A stretch of 63,175 nt of DNA, the filler included, from Lenisia limosa (lineage: Eukaryota > Protista > Breviatea), in the NCBI GenBank assembly GCA_001655205.1. It is 13 parts of 13 records of this genome, joined end to end, with 100 filler letters (N's around TTAATTAATTAA, not from the genome) between each part and the next. Parts side by side here need not be neighbours in the genome. Positions count along the whole stretch, not along the records: positions 1 to 6,907 come from LPNZ01011318.1; positions 7,008 to 9,088 come from LPNZ01005629.1; positions 9,189 to 15,704 come from LPNZ01009214.1; 10 more parts are not named here. One strand, given 5' to 3'. The notes under the pieces were generated by a model. It worked only from the letters and a program-made list of their open reading frames with translations, searched no databases and was not told where the DNA came from. This document shows positions 1 to 12,005 of the stretch, one piece after another. Every line of letters starts with the position of its first letter. Positions within the stretch are counted from its first letter, which is position 1. The translations under genes were made by a program, and so were the position numbers.

Positions 1-66
1 GACAATATATGATAGACTTGGATATCTCCCATTCCATGTTCTTCTTCACATTGAATTTTCCTAAAG

Positions 67-3000
67 TGCCGCTATTTCCTTCACCCTGTCCGCAGCCCCC
101 CTCCATGTCGCACAACGACTCAATGACGTTGGAACTAGTGGCGTCACAGGCGCTCGACATCAATGAAATGGACTCCTCTACTCAGCCCCTCACACAAGAA
201 ATGCCTTCCGAGTGGGGGGGGGGGTCTGTGCAATTTTGTGTGGGTTGATTGTACCATCTAGTTAGTAATGGGATGCGGTGCTGCAGAAGCGACTGGCCTT
301 GTTTTGTTGTTNNNNNNNNNNNNNNNNNNNNNNNNNNNNNNNNNNNNNNNNNNNNNNNNNNNNNNNNNNNNNNNNNNNNNNNNNNNNNNNNNNNNNNNNN
401 NNNNNNNNNNNNNNNNNNNNNNNNNNNNNNNNNNNNNNNNNNNNNNNNNNNNNGTCGGTGGCGGCTTTGAGGCTTCCGATTCCGATTCCGACGATGACGT
501 GGTTACGCGGTCGGGCCGGGCCTTCGAACTTCAGGATGACGGCGCAGCGGATGATGAAAGCAGCGATGCGGAGGACGGCAATGAGAAGGATGAGGCTTCC
601 GACGTGAGCTGGGATGGAACACACTTTTGCTTGTGTTAATATATCGTATCTATTTCATGATACAATCCTTTACGATCAAATCCGCCACTGTCATCAAATA
701 ACGCCCTAGAACGAGGCCGAAGCCGGACCTCTTCGACGTGTCATTATCCAAGACGATGACGATGAAGGTGGCTGGGTAGACCTAAAATATTTCAAGTTTT
801 GTTCTTGAAAGAAGCACTATTTTGATCACCCTTTTGAGGTAAATTGTATTAAATACCGACTTTACCGTTTTCTGAAGCGTTTATTAAACTGCCAATTGAA
901 ATGATATACAACAACCCCGTTTCACAGCCTCACGCTGTGTAGCCCCCAAGCAGACACAGGAGGACGAAGTGGACACGTCTGGACCGGCGGCAAACATGAC
1001 GGAAGAACAGAAACAAAAGTATATCATGGACGAAATCAATCGGATCGTGGCGGAGGAAAGGGGTGAGGGGATGTGATTTAAATATGTGATTTGTGTGTTT
1101 ACTGCCCTGCTTGCTAGTTTGTTTTTTAAGACTCATTTTTAGTTCCCAAGTTTTGTTTTTGTTGTTGTTGTTTTGTTTTTCCTTTAGTTTCCACTATTCA
1201 CACCCACTATCAGTCCGACTCCGTAAAGAGGCGCAAAGGAAGAGAATGGACCTTCTCGAAGATGAAGCCGAACTCTCCGATGAAGATAAGGTCCGGGGGG
1301 GGGCTATACTCTTTGCTTGTACATTTGTGATGGATAAAATTGTGGATATTTTCTTGGGGGTTAAGGATCTTGAAGAGGGGGGGGGGGGGCANNNNNNNNN
1401 NNNNNNNNNNNNNNNNNNNNNNNNNNNNNNNNNNNNNNNNNNNNNNNNNNNNNNNNNNNNNNNNNNNNNNNNNNNNNNNNNNNNNNNNNNNNNNNNNNNN
1501 CTTCTCTGGGTCTCGTCACAATATATTCATATCATATGATATGATATATGATATTTAATTATACGCGTAATCTTCAATCAGCATGTACCATGTTTCTCAC
1601 CATTCTTAGCCCGAGGGAGAGGAAGATGACGACCCTGCGGATCAACTTAAAGCTGAGGATATCCAGGCGATAAAGGAAATGGTTGAAGGTGGGGATCTTT
1701 ACATCCATTATTCATCATCTATTTTTCAAGCATGACTTTTGCTGATTCTCACCCCCACCTTGGTTGTATATATTTTCCATGTCTGGAAATTGAAATGCCC
1801 ATTATAACGTTGTCAGATATATATGAGCATAACATAATATTACAAATTTAATCTCCCACTCTCCCCTCGCCAGCCTGAGCTGATATGTGATATCTGCTAA
1901 CCCCCCCCCCCCCNNNNNNNNNNNNNNNNNNNNNNNNNNNNNNNNNNNNNNNNNNNNNNNNNNNNNNNNNNNNNNNNNNNNNNNNNNNNNNNNNTTTTGG
2001 CCAAAGCCCATCTGCAGTTTGAAGAGCGCAAAGAAAACAAAGTTCTTGCCAAAATCAAGGTATGCTCAGATGTCTGACATTCATGCTAATGGATATTTAG
2101 ATGAAATACTTCTGAAATGCGATGTTTTGACAAGTATTTATAGTATAATATAGGATATTCAAACCAATTGTAATTGTAATTTGGTTCCTACGTCCACACC
2201 TTTGTTTCTGTGTGTTTTATTTACCATACCTTTCAGGACATGGTACAAGGAAAATGGAGGAAGAATCACAACGATAGCGATGATAGCGACTCTCAGGTAA
2301 GCGAATATAATGAGAGTTTCATTCCGAATCGAAAAGGGCAGGTAAACAGCGAGAGTTGTCGAATTTTCATCTAGACTATTAATACATGATAGTTTGGTTT
2401 CAATCTGTGAAGGTAGTGGCTTTGTTATAAAACTGGGCCTCTTGTGTATTGTATTCCTCATCTTCATGAGTCATTTACACAATTGGCTGATCTTTTAGAT
2501 GGGAATCAGGAGGCGCTTCAAAAGACTAAACTCCAAATATGCGTCTGGCTTTACTGGTAAGCTTCCCGTTTGTTAACAATACCCACTTCACTCCGGGGTC
2601 GCATAATTGGAATGGACTATCACTCATTCAATGTTTGGTAATGTAAATTTGACACTAACCCCCCCTTTTTTTCAGAATTGTGTGGTTCATACCTCTTCCT
2701 GCCCTCATAGTACATTCCCAATTAACCTTAAGCCAAAGGAATTGTTTCTTTTTGTGTTTACATTCACTCCACCCCCCCCACACACACACCCTAGTTGGTT
2801 CATTGTTTAGTTTCATTGATATTTCATTTTACCGCCATCCCCAGGTAACCTATCCGGCAATGCCAACGACTACGATGAGGATGAGGATGAGGCTGCCTTC
2901 CTGGAAAAGTCCCGGTCAAAACTTCAAAGGTCCATGTTTTTGGAGAGAACGGTGAGGGGTATGGAAGTGGTCAATGCAGATATTGTGACTTTTAGAAGCT

Positions 3001-4598
3001 TATAATATGATATTGATTTTACAAGTGTGTGGAGTGTATTATCTTACCATACAATATTCTATGATGGCATAATGAATGAGATGGTCAGAAGGTCTCAAAG
3101 GTGTATCTGTCGCTCTGTATCATTTCCTGATCCTTAATACAACATCCCTGATACATTAGAGTACCGGATTGAAGGGCTTGGAGGAAACGCTGAATAGCCA
3201 ACCCTCTGCTGTACCTTGTGAGGGGACGTTGGATAGCTAATATCGTGTGAAACAAATAATATGAGTCTGGAGGGGGGAGGTGTGTAATTATACTCTTCCC
3301 GCCAGAGGGTTTCGGCCAAATAATAACCTATCTCAGATACTATGCTCAAAAATCGACCCAGCGTATCGTCTGACACTACTATCACAAATCATCTCGTTCT
3401 TTCGCGATTATATATCGTGTTTTATCCTGACCTCATCTCCACCAGCCCCAACACCCACGCCCCCATTGCCTTCAGGCCGCGTCACCCCTACATCCGGCCG
3501 ATCAACCCGTTGGGGGGTGGGTAAACCAAGGATATTTCGATGAAGAATATTGTCGTACAAGTACCAATCACGAACCGAATAATTTGTTGAGTTTCTCTAT
3601 TGGCTAACCCCCCTGCAGAAGCGACTGGCCTGGGCTTGTTATTAACCCTTGTGTGTTGTCAGCGAACAGAGTTGATTCTGGGATATTATTATTATTATTA
3701 TTATTAATTTTTCAACTCACACCNNNNNNNNNNNNNNNNNNNNNNNNNNNNNNNNNNNNNNNNNNNNNNNNNNNNNNNNNNNNNNNNNNNNNNNNNNNNN
3801 NNNNNNNNNNNNNNNNNNNNNNNNNNNNNNNNNNNNNNNNNNNNNNNNNNNNNNNNNNNNNNNTAGCCCCGGTAGCTGTCTCAAATTCTGTGGAGGTATG
3901 AAAGTCCTTATAATGCGCCATCCTATCATCAGTTGATAGTGCGCCATCCTACCATCAGTTGCTGGTTTTCTCATAAAATGACATCTTACACCTCTCTCTC
4001 TCTCTCTCTCGTTTACCCCCCCCCCCCNNNNNNNNNNNNNNNNNNNNNNNNNNNNNNNNNNNNNNNNNNNNNNNNNNNNNNNNNNNNNNNNNNNNNNNNN
4101 NNNNNNNNNNNNNNNNNNNNNNNNNNNNNNNNNNNNNNNNNNNNNNNNNNNNNNNNNNNNNTAGTTTTAGCGTTGGTTGCTTGTGTTTGTTATTGCATTT
4201 TTTTTATTTTTTGTTTGGAGTTTCAGATTATACGTTGGTGATTAGTACCTTTACGCCAATATTTTTCATCGAAATTCCTTCGTCACTCTCCCCACCCCCA
4301 GTCAGTCGGCCGGCGTAGTGACCAAAGTGTCAAGACGTCCATGGCGTTCCAAACCGTGGAGACTCAGAAGGATGCTGCTGAGCCTTCAGGTGCGTTGCTG
4401 CCTTGTTAGCCCCTTCTTCACTACCATTGCTTTCATTAACCAAATGCGTGTCAGCCAAATTTCACTAACTACATCTATTAACCAACATCAGATAACCCAC
4501 TCCCTATGACCATCGCGCCCTCAGCTCAGCCTTTGAAGCGCCGAAGTTCAGTTCTTCTCAGTGCGCTCAGCTCCTTCCCCACCCGACAGAAGAAGTAG
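67..4598 (+). CDS. Mrc1/claspin-like acidic protein, multi-exon, 5' incomplete
   Basis: Joined GT-AG exons read ...RKRMDLLEDEAELSDEDK / EEDDDPADQLKAEDIQAIKEMVE / LAKAHLQFEERKENKVLAKIK / DMVQGKWRKNHNDSDDSDSQ ... PLKRRSSVLLSALSSFPTRQKK*(4596-4598). This resembles the MRC1-like domain (EAEESEDE..KEMIDD..KLFKDI..G.LRRK) from memory of the family. Confidence 0.55.
267..311 (+). repeat. Family B intron module, 5' part
   Basis: atgggatgcggtgctgcagaagcgactggccttgttttgttgtt, then an N gap. Confidence 0.8.
3614..3723 (+). repeat. Family B intron module
   Basis: ctgcagaagcgactggcctgggc...gtgtgttgtcagcgaacagagttgattctggg. Confidence 0.8.
4215..4301 (+). repeat. Family D module ending at the acceptor AG
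   Basis: ttggagtttcagattatacgttggtgattagtacctttacgccaatatttttcatcgaaatt...cccccAG. Other copies: 3533-3590 (-), 14738-14800, 20524-20570, 53301-53345. Confidence 0.75.
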
Positions 4599-6534
4599 CT
4601 GAACAGGTGTCTACGTGTCTATTGGATCATCATGTTTAATGTAAGATGTAAATTAGTCCGTTGGATTAACCACTCTTTTTATTCTGACGAAATAAAAAAA
4701 AATTGCATTACAAATTGATGCATTTTGGATTAACTGCTCTCCTCATTTACTCATTAATAGACTTGTAGTTCTGGTCAAACCGTACTATGTATCTCCCCAA
4801 GATTACCATCACAAAAACCATCAACATTCGTCGTCATCATATTCCTCTTCCTCCCATTGTGCTGGATCATAGTCCTGTGGTGTTACTACTGAAAAAAGTG
4901 CAACTAATCAGCTCATGCTGTACAGTATTATCCATCAAGCAAACACAGGAGTCATACCTTAATCCAGTCAGTACCTTTGTTCTCAGTGAGAAACATATTA
5001 AAACCCCCTCGTAACACGCACCTACAGTGTTAAAGCCGTAACAAGGGTTTGATGTGACTTTAAATTGCCACTCTGTAGTATCTTCATAAACATTCATAAA
5101 GATAAATATTATCAAGGTTCCATAGCATTGCATTGGGCAAGCCACATTAAAGCAAAGCTATCATCAGGATTCTCAATACGTCCATCACTTTGAGAGGCAA
5201 AATGGAAAACACCGCATATAAGGCACCCACCTACACTTTGGTTTGACTTTCCGGGTGTTTGCGCGTCAATTCTGATGCAAATGAGCGCGCAGCACTCGGG
5301 CCTCTCTGCTGGCTGAACATATAAATCGGTATGAAGTTCACTTCACTGACAAGTTCAACATACAGTATCAACATAATATTAGCGACTTTTTTGTATTTCA
5401 TCTATTTCACCAAACAAATCCTTCTTTTAAACAAGAAAGGTACAGCTCACCTCAACATGCAGTGGAAAATGACAGCATGGAAAGTGCTGTATCTATTCAC
5501 AAGTTGCTCCACCTTCAGGTGTGAACAGACGCATTACAAAGCAACATAGTGAGGAAAACGATATGGAAAATCTGGGGTTAGGTGTTCTGATATGAGTCAG
5601 CCTGTTGGTGCCTGTCGGTACGAACCCGTGTTAAAATACTATATGTAAATGACTCATCAGGAATACATTCGATTAAACTAAAAACACACTTAGAAATTAT
5701 TATGTATCCCAAGATGTTATTGTATTGAATGTAATTTTTCTAAAAACTCAAACAAACGTTGTTTGAAAACTCGTAGGCGGGTACGTTGAGGGCACCACGG
5801 ATATGGCCTCCTTGAATGTGAAGGAAGGATTATGAAGCACTATGTTGCTCTTGGGTGTGAAGGATTATGAAATAGTGTGCTGCTTTATCAAAACTATTGT
5901 AAAAATTAGATGTAACATTTGAGCAGTGTTAACACCTTGCACCGGCGAACAAAACTACAATCCTTACCCGCGAAATCGCTCTCTCTGACGTCAATAACCT
6001 GCACAGTGAGATGCCACAATATCTTATGATATCATATTATTAAACAAAAAGAAGAAGAAATAAGATGGCAAATTTGTTATTGGGGTGTATTAAACAAGTT
6101 ATTCTCCCTTGATTGCTGTCATTATGAGTCAATGGAAGTTGATGTGGAGTCCAAGAACTCAAGGCTGATTATTTTGTTTCGCTCCAGCCCTTCTTTAATC
6201 GATTTTTTAAGCAGGTATATGATTAGTGCAAACCTGAGTAGGACGTTTAGAGCTGATCAGCTCCTTGGCCTGAGCACCATTGATGCGCTGAACTCTCATT
6301 GAGGCTAACATCGGTTTTGACAGAGTTGAAAACGCCCGAAGCAACACTTTGTAACGTGAAAACATGATAAAACACACGACATAACAAAAATATGGCAACT
6401 ATCCGTTAGACCACCCTTGTTTCTGTGTTAAAAGCTCAATTCAAAATTTATAAATTAAATACAACAATACAAGTATTATATCAAGAGAGACGCATTGAAA
6501 ATAATCTTGCTTTTGCCGGAAGAAGCACTTGAAC

Positions 6535-6800
6535 ATGCCCCTACTGCTCCTTCTGCTGCTGGTGGTGGCTAGTGTACTTGCTGATCCTTCCGTGAGGTGA
6601 GAAGGGTGGAATTTTTTAGTCTGCTATTTCGTTTGTTTTTGTTTTTCATGCACAACTTTTTTTTTGGAAAGATTATTATATTTTAAAGTAAGAGATGGAA
6701 CATATATTTTTACCTGAATAGAATTATTTGTCAAGTGCATTCCCAATCTACATGTCTTGGACTGACTACCAAATACTCAGCGTTCTGAGATATGAATGAA
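6535..6800 (+). CDS. Probable secreted protein, 5' exons only
   Basis: ATG 6535: MPLLLLLLLVVASVLADPS (signal-peptide-like), then a GTGAG donor; the contig ends at about 6907. Confidence 0.3.
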
Positions 6801-6951
6801 TAGAGGACAATCCTCAACAGCGAGAATAACAGCTTTAGAACAACATAATACACAAATACGTATGATATTATTATATAATTATATAATTATATATAATTAT
6901 GCATATANNNNNNNNNNNNNNNNNNNNNNNNNNNNNNNNNNNNNNNNNNNN

Positions 6952-6963
6952 TTAATTAATTAA
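6952..6963. other. Artificial contig linker TTAATTAATTAA (stops in all six frames) flanked by N runs
   Basis: The identical 12-mer inside N blocks occurs at 6952, 9133, 15749, 22731, 26316, 27685, 46969, 53425, 54778, 57476, 60402 and 61622. Adjacency across these points is not biological. Confidence 0.97.
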
Positions 6964-7090
6964 NNNNNNNNNNNNNNNNNNNNNNNNNNNNNNNNNNNNN
7001 NNNNNNNTAGGGGAAAACTCAAGCTGTCCGGGAGTTTTGATGTGTCCGGGAATTTTGAATGATGTCCAGAGCTTTCACTATACATTTAGT

Positions 7091-7695
7091 CAAAGCTCCG
7101 GACATCATTCAAAATCTCCGGACACATCAAAACTCCCGGACAGCTACGCATTTCGGTCAGCAGAATTTTCGGAAGTAATTTCAGTCATAATCACAGGATG
7201 CGGTTTTTACATATTCTTGGCTCAAACCCAAATTAAGTCATTTGGCTACCCGTTTGCGGCCCTTAAACTGCCAAAAATAACCAAAACCGTTATAATCGGC
7301 CACATTCAAGGAATAAATGGCAACTATCCGGGAAAGTTTGACCTTGTAGAAAGCACTATTTTGAACATTTTTCTCTCAAAATTCACCATTACATAGCCAA
7401 AGCAAGGGGGAATCCATAACCAATTACTCCGAGGGGTACAATATTTTGTTTCTTAACACTAAAAGAGGGATAGATTTAGAAAATAATCCCGTGAAAAGGC
7501 AAAAGGGGCCACCCCCGGGAGACCAAATTCTCGGATTTTTGACACTTGCTCACAATTGAAAAAAACAAGTTGGGGAACATTAAGAGGTCATTTTCTCTGT
7601 ATATCTGTCGAAAGTTTCGTATTAAACACTACTGTTCAAGCTGTCCGGGAGTTTTGATGTGTCTGGTGAATTTTGAATGCTGTCCGGAGCTTTGA
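7091..7695. mobile_element. Non-autonomous ~600-bp element with ~55-bp terminal inverted repeats
   Basis: 7091-7146 caaagctccggacatcattcaaaatctccggacacatcaaaactcccggacagct is the near reverse complement of 7640-7695. A further right-end copy lies at 7021-7075. Confidence 0.7.
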
Positions 7696-7726
7696 GGACC
7701 CACATACTACTACTAAATATATCATA

Positions 7727-8350
7727 CCAAACATAAACAATCTCCCGAATAAATAATGGGAAAACGTTTTCATTTGATTAGGAGCCTCTATTTTATGATT
7801 TTAAGGGTTATTGTGTAACTGATATACCTCGTTTTTATTTAACTATCAGTGAAAATATTCCATTTTGTATTTTCTGTGTTTAATTTGGGCACTAAAAAAC
7901 CTATTTTCACTCTTAAAAAAAACATAATATTGAAGATTATTCGGATAATATACTGTGTTGGGCCGGCCTCCTCTTGACTTGCAGACCAGGCTTTCCTCAT
8001 ACAATTCATCATTGCCTGTTTAGAGGTTGGGTACTCGGTTCTCCTCAAGCTTTCTATCCAAAAGTCCCCAGTAAAGTTCAATCGGGTTGAGATCCGGCGA
8101 CTACCACTCCAAAACTTAGTATTCAACGTTTTCAAAATACTCCACAGTTCAATATTTGCGATTTAGTAGTAGACCTTGGCCGACTTTTTGCCTAAAAAAA
8201 GGGGAATATTTTCACTGATAGTGAAACCAAAAAACGAGGTAATATATATATATCAGCTACACAATGACTTTAAAATAAAAAAAGGTTGTAAAAGGCTCTC
8301 TCATCAAATGAAAACTTTGTCCCATAATTTTTTCGGGAGACTATGTTGAG
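7727..8350. mobile_element. Internally deleted Tc1/mariner-type element with ~125-bp imperfect inverted repeats
   Basis: 7741-7860 and 8205-8340 are inverted repeats (tctcccga...tatcagtgaaaatattc / gaatattttcactgata...tcgggaga) bracketing a transposase relic. Confidence 0.65.
7965..8135 (-). pseudogene. Tc1-family DD(34)E transposase C-terminal relic
   Basis: Minus strand reads VLEW*SPDLNPIELYWGLLDRKL (SPDLNPIE at 8100-8077), then after a frameshift YPTSKQAMMNCMRKAW. This matches the Tc1 WPxxSPDLNPIExxW signature and contains in-frame stops. Confidence 0.8.
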
Positions 8351-9243
8351 TTGCCAAAACCGTATCGTTTTTGGGATATCGTGTCGGTTTTGATTTTTGA
8401 CCATCACAGGCCTTCTAAGTTATTTCTTACTTTTGACTGCAAATATGAGAAAATCCAGAAAAAAATAAGAATTATTTTTTCAAATAGCTCAGTTCATTCC
8501 CTTTCACCATTTTTTTAAAAAAATTTACTCAACACCCCTCTTTGAATTTTTACCGTATTATATTTTTTTCTATTCTTGAAGATAAAGTTACCCTATTACT
8601 CATCATATCATCGGTTTGAAAAGAAGTGCAATTCTTGGCTCTCAAAAATGTACCATTAATTGAGCCGCCACTGGACAAAGGGTGGTTGTGTGGTTGCGTT
8701 TTTGATCAGATTTATCACCATAAAATGTTAATTCTTACCTCTATTTTTCATAAAATCCAAAGGAACTTTATTATTATATCACAATTTGAGATTTTTGTTG
8801 ATTACATACATACATATCTGCTTTTTTAGCATTGTATTCAATTCATCAATTAAGCACAATAGACGGCTGAAATTTACGCTCTGGTCGTATTGTCTTCATT
8901 ATGGGGATTAAAAGAATGTTTAATGAAACAATATTTGATTTGCTCAAGAATATTGGGTTCTTGGATGTCTATATGAACTTTATTTCCCCGCACCCTCTTG
9001 AATAACGCCCTTTGAGTTATTACTAGACGTAAAACATTCATTGCCCCAGCATTGCTATTGTGTCATATTATATCCACTTTTGTAATAANNNNNNNNNNNN
9101 NNNNNNNNNNNNNNNNNNNNNNNNNNNNNNNNTTAATTAATTAANNNNNNNNNNNNNNNNNNNNNNNNNNNNNNNNNNNNNNNNNNNNAAACCCTTCTTC
9201 AATCTATTCGATTTCTGGCTTTTGTGTGGTTTTTAACACCAAC

Positions 9244-11900
9244 ATGGCATACCTTGTTTCTATCATGCAAAGTTTGATTTGTAGCATAGTTTTAGCATTA
9301 ACAATCCAGAATGTCGTTGCAAACTGTACTGAGAAAGTGCTTTCCGTGCGGGGATCCTCTGCAACACTGGAGAACGTTCAGGTGGGGGGGTCAAGGGGTC
9401 GTAATGAGCAAGCATTTCACCTTTCCAGAGGATGGTATTATATCTTGCCCAATCCTACTTTTCTATTTTTAAATATTGTTAACATTTAAAAGAGATTTAG
9501 TCTTTTCTAGGATCTTTTAGGAAGCCCTAATGTGGATCATCTATAAATAGTGTGCTAATTGTTATCCTCACCCAATAGCTCAACGGCAGCTATCTGTTTG
9601 AGGTCCAGTCTTCATCAGTCGTTATAGTGGTAGGTCAAGTGCTTTTGTCTTATAGTGGTATTCTAGTACGATAAGGATAATCCTTCTTTTCTACTTTCAC
9701 TTTTTTATATACCTTGAGAATAGTGTTAAGACACTTTAGAACTTTATTTTTTGGTACCTGAATAACATTATCTTTTTTTACCCATAAAACGTTGTATTTA
9801 CAGCCCTTTAGACCGATATCTTTAGAAGTTATCTTTGTCTTGCCTTTAGAAGTTATCTTTGTCACGCCTTTAGAATGTTTTCGGCGAGTCTTCTATGGTG
9901 GCATCGACATCATACCCGGTTACCTTCATTGACGCCAATATTCACCTTAACGAACTTGAAATCACGCGTATCGCAGGAAATGGAATCCTGTAAGCTTCTG
10001 TGCTACTAAATATAGTTCGGTAGTTGGGGTTGTTTTGACCCTGCTTTCAGCTACACATCGGACTCGACCATCACCTCTGGCGGTCCTCTGACCCTCACTA
10101 ACCTTGCCCCTGCCACTGCTGACGCCCAGGCCCTGACTATTCACCATGTAAGCCCTTCCTTTCCGCGACCATATTTCTGCTGGGCTATTGCTTGGGTGTT
10201 TCTAATTTCTGCTGGAGTGTTACTTATGTTTTCTTGGGTGTTTCTTATGTTTTCTTGGGTGTTGCTTATTTCTTGGACCCGTTGAGGGTGTGCTGGAGCC
10301 TTTTTCTCATATGTCACTTTTTAGTCACACATTAGCCTTCAGAAGTTGACTCTGTCTGAAGGGAGAATGAGCTTGCTGAAAATGTATGTTGCGGCGGTGG
10401 CACGTAGTGTGCACTACAAAGGATTGCGTGGTTTTCATTATCGATGATATCTTGGGCTTCCCTACGGTACCAAAAAGAACTGAATTTCTCGATTCCTCGA
10501 TAAATATCGATATTTTGACGGTCTTCTTTGGACCATAGGGAAGCCCTAATGAAAACCTTGATGGTGTGGACGGGATCGACTAACTCTGTCTTTCTGGTGT
10601 TACAACATCCAATTTCATATATTTCTTGTTGGATCTGTTAACAACCACTATCGTTTTCCTGGTTTGATCTCATGAAAAAAGGTCGCAATTTGACAGCTGG
10701 GATTGCACCATCACCAGCACCAATCAACAATGTGGGTGAGATTGACCGATATATGTTCAGAGGATGTGAAACACAAGGTTCAAGAGTGTCTAAATCATGG
10801 ATAAATTTTGTTAGTTGTTTGAGGTGATGGTGGGGGAGGATGAGTTGGAAGGGATTCTTTCGAAATTTTTCGTCTTTTCGCAACTGGGAGCTGTGTACTT
10901 TTTTGTGTGCTTTTTTTTTTTTTTTTTTTTTTNNNNNNNNNNNNNNNNNNNNNNNNNNNNNNNNNNNNNNNNNNNNNNNNNNNNNNNNNNNNNNNNNNNN
11001 NNNNNNNNNNNNNNNNNNNNNNNNNNNNNNTATTTATACGAAAATGACCCTGAACAAGGCAATTTCAAGTAAAGGGGGGTATGAAGGTGTACTTTATGAC
11101 AAAGAGCTCAATATCATAATGTCACTTTTTGGGGCATTTTCAGACAGCAACTTCATCGTTTTTTCCTCTAACAGACCAGGCTCCCTCCTTGTTGAAAAAA
11201 AATCTTGTGTAAGGGGGGTGCATAAGGGAAATGCTGACTGTTAATGATATCTTTAAAACAGAAACGGACAACCTTTTCCAATCACTATCCAGGTTGTGTT
11301 CCACTCCTTAGGCACGTTCAGCTTCTCCAACAGTCCAACTGCGTGAGTTTCTTGTGTTCTACCCAGAAATTAGCATGCCTCCCTGTTACCAATGTTATTT
11401 GTTTTCCCTTTTTATCATGGGTAAGGGATGTCAGGTGCCGGCATTCTTATTATCAATACACCCACCAAAAAAACACTTTATTGCACTAAAGTTTGAAAAT
11501 AATTAAAGAAAAAGCGAATACACCCAGGCCAGTCTCTTCACCCCGCAGCTGCACTAATCATAGTATCTTTGAATACCCTCTAATTATCCAGGTTAAAAGC
11601 TAACCGAATGTCTCTCATCTCCTTTGAATCGGTTAGGGGGGGGGGGGTGATCACTTTCGGTTTGTTTTTTTGCCAGACAGATCATAACGTCCCATTTGAC
11701 TTGACCTGATCCACCCAGACTCCCATTTTCAACACTATTACCTCGGAAACTGAGGCTTCTCAAGGCTCTAATGTTTTCATGTAGACGAGGCTCCTTTCAC
11801 TTAGTTCTGTGTCCATTGATTATATATGTATGTATGTATCATCCAAATGGTGGTGGCTTTGGAAGTGAAGAATCTAATACTTATCCCACATTGAGCATCA
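9244..11900 (+). CDS. Secreted/surface protein of unknown function, multi-exon
   Basis: MAYLVSIMQSLICSIVLALTIQNVVANC (signal-like), then exons LNGSYLFEVQSSSVVIV, NVFGESSMVASTSYPVTFIDANIHLNELEIT and YTSDSTITSGGPLTLTNL with GT-AG borders; the 3' end is uncertain. Confidence 0.4.
10454..10546. mobile_element. Family A MITE
   Basis: gggcttccctacggtacc...ggaccatagggaagccc-TA terminal inverted repeats. Confidence 0.75.
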
Positions 11901-12005
11901 TGACATACAACAAGGTTAGAAATTTCGCATATAAAAAAAAAGTTCGCGCTGAAAAACAAACCACCAAAAAAAATGAAATCAGCGCCTCTATCCAAACCGA
12001 AAGAC

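Noticed and set aside
4600-6500. Possible ncRNA or hidden gene in the long intergenic stretch
   Set aside because: No tRNA/rRNA motif, convincing ORF or repeat-family match was recognised by eye.
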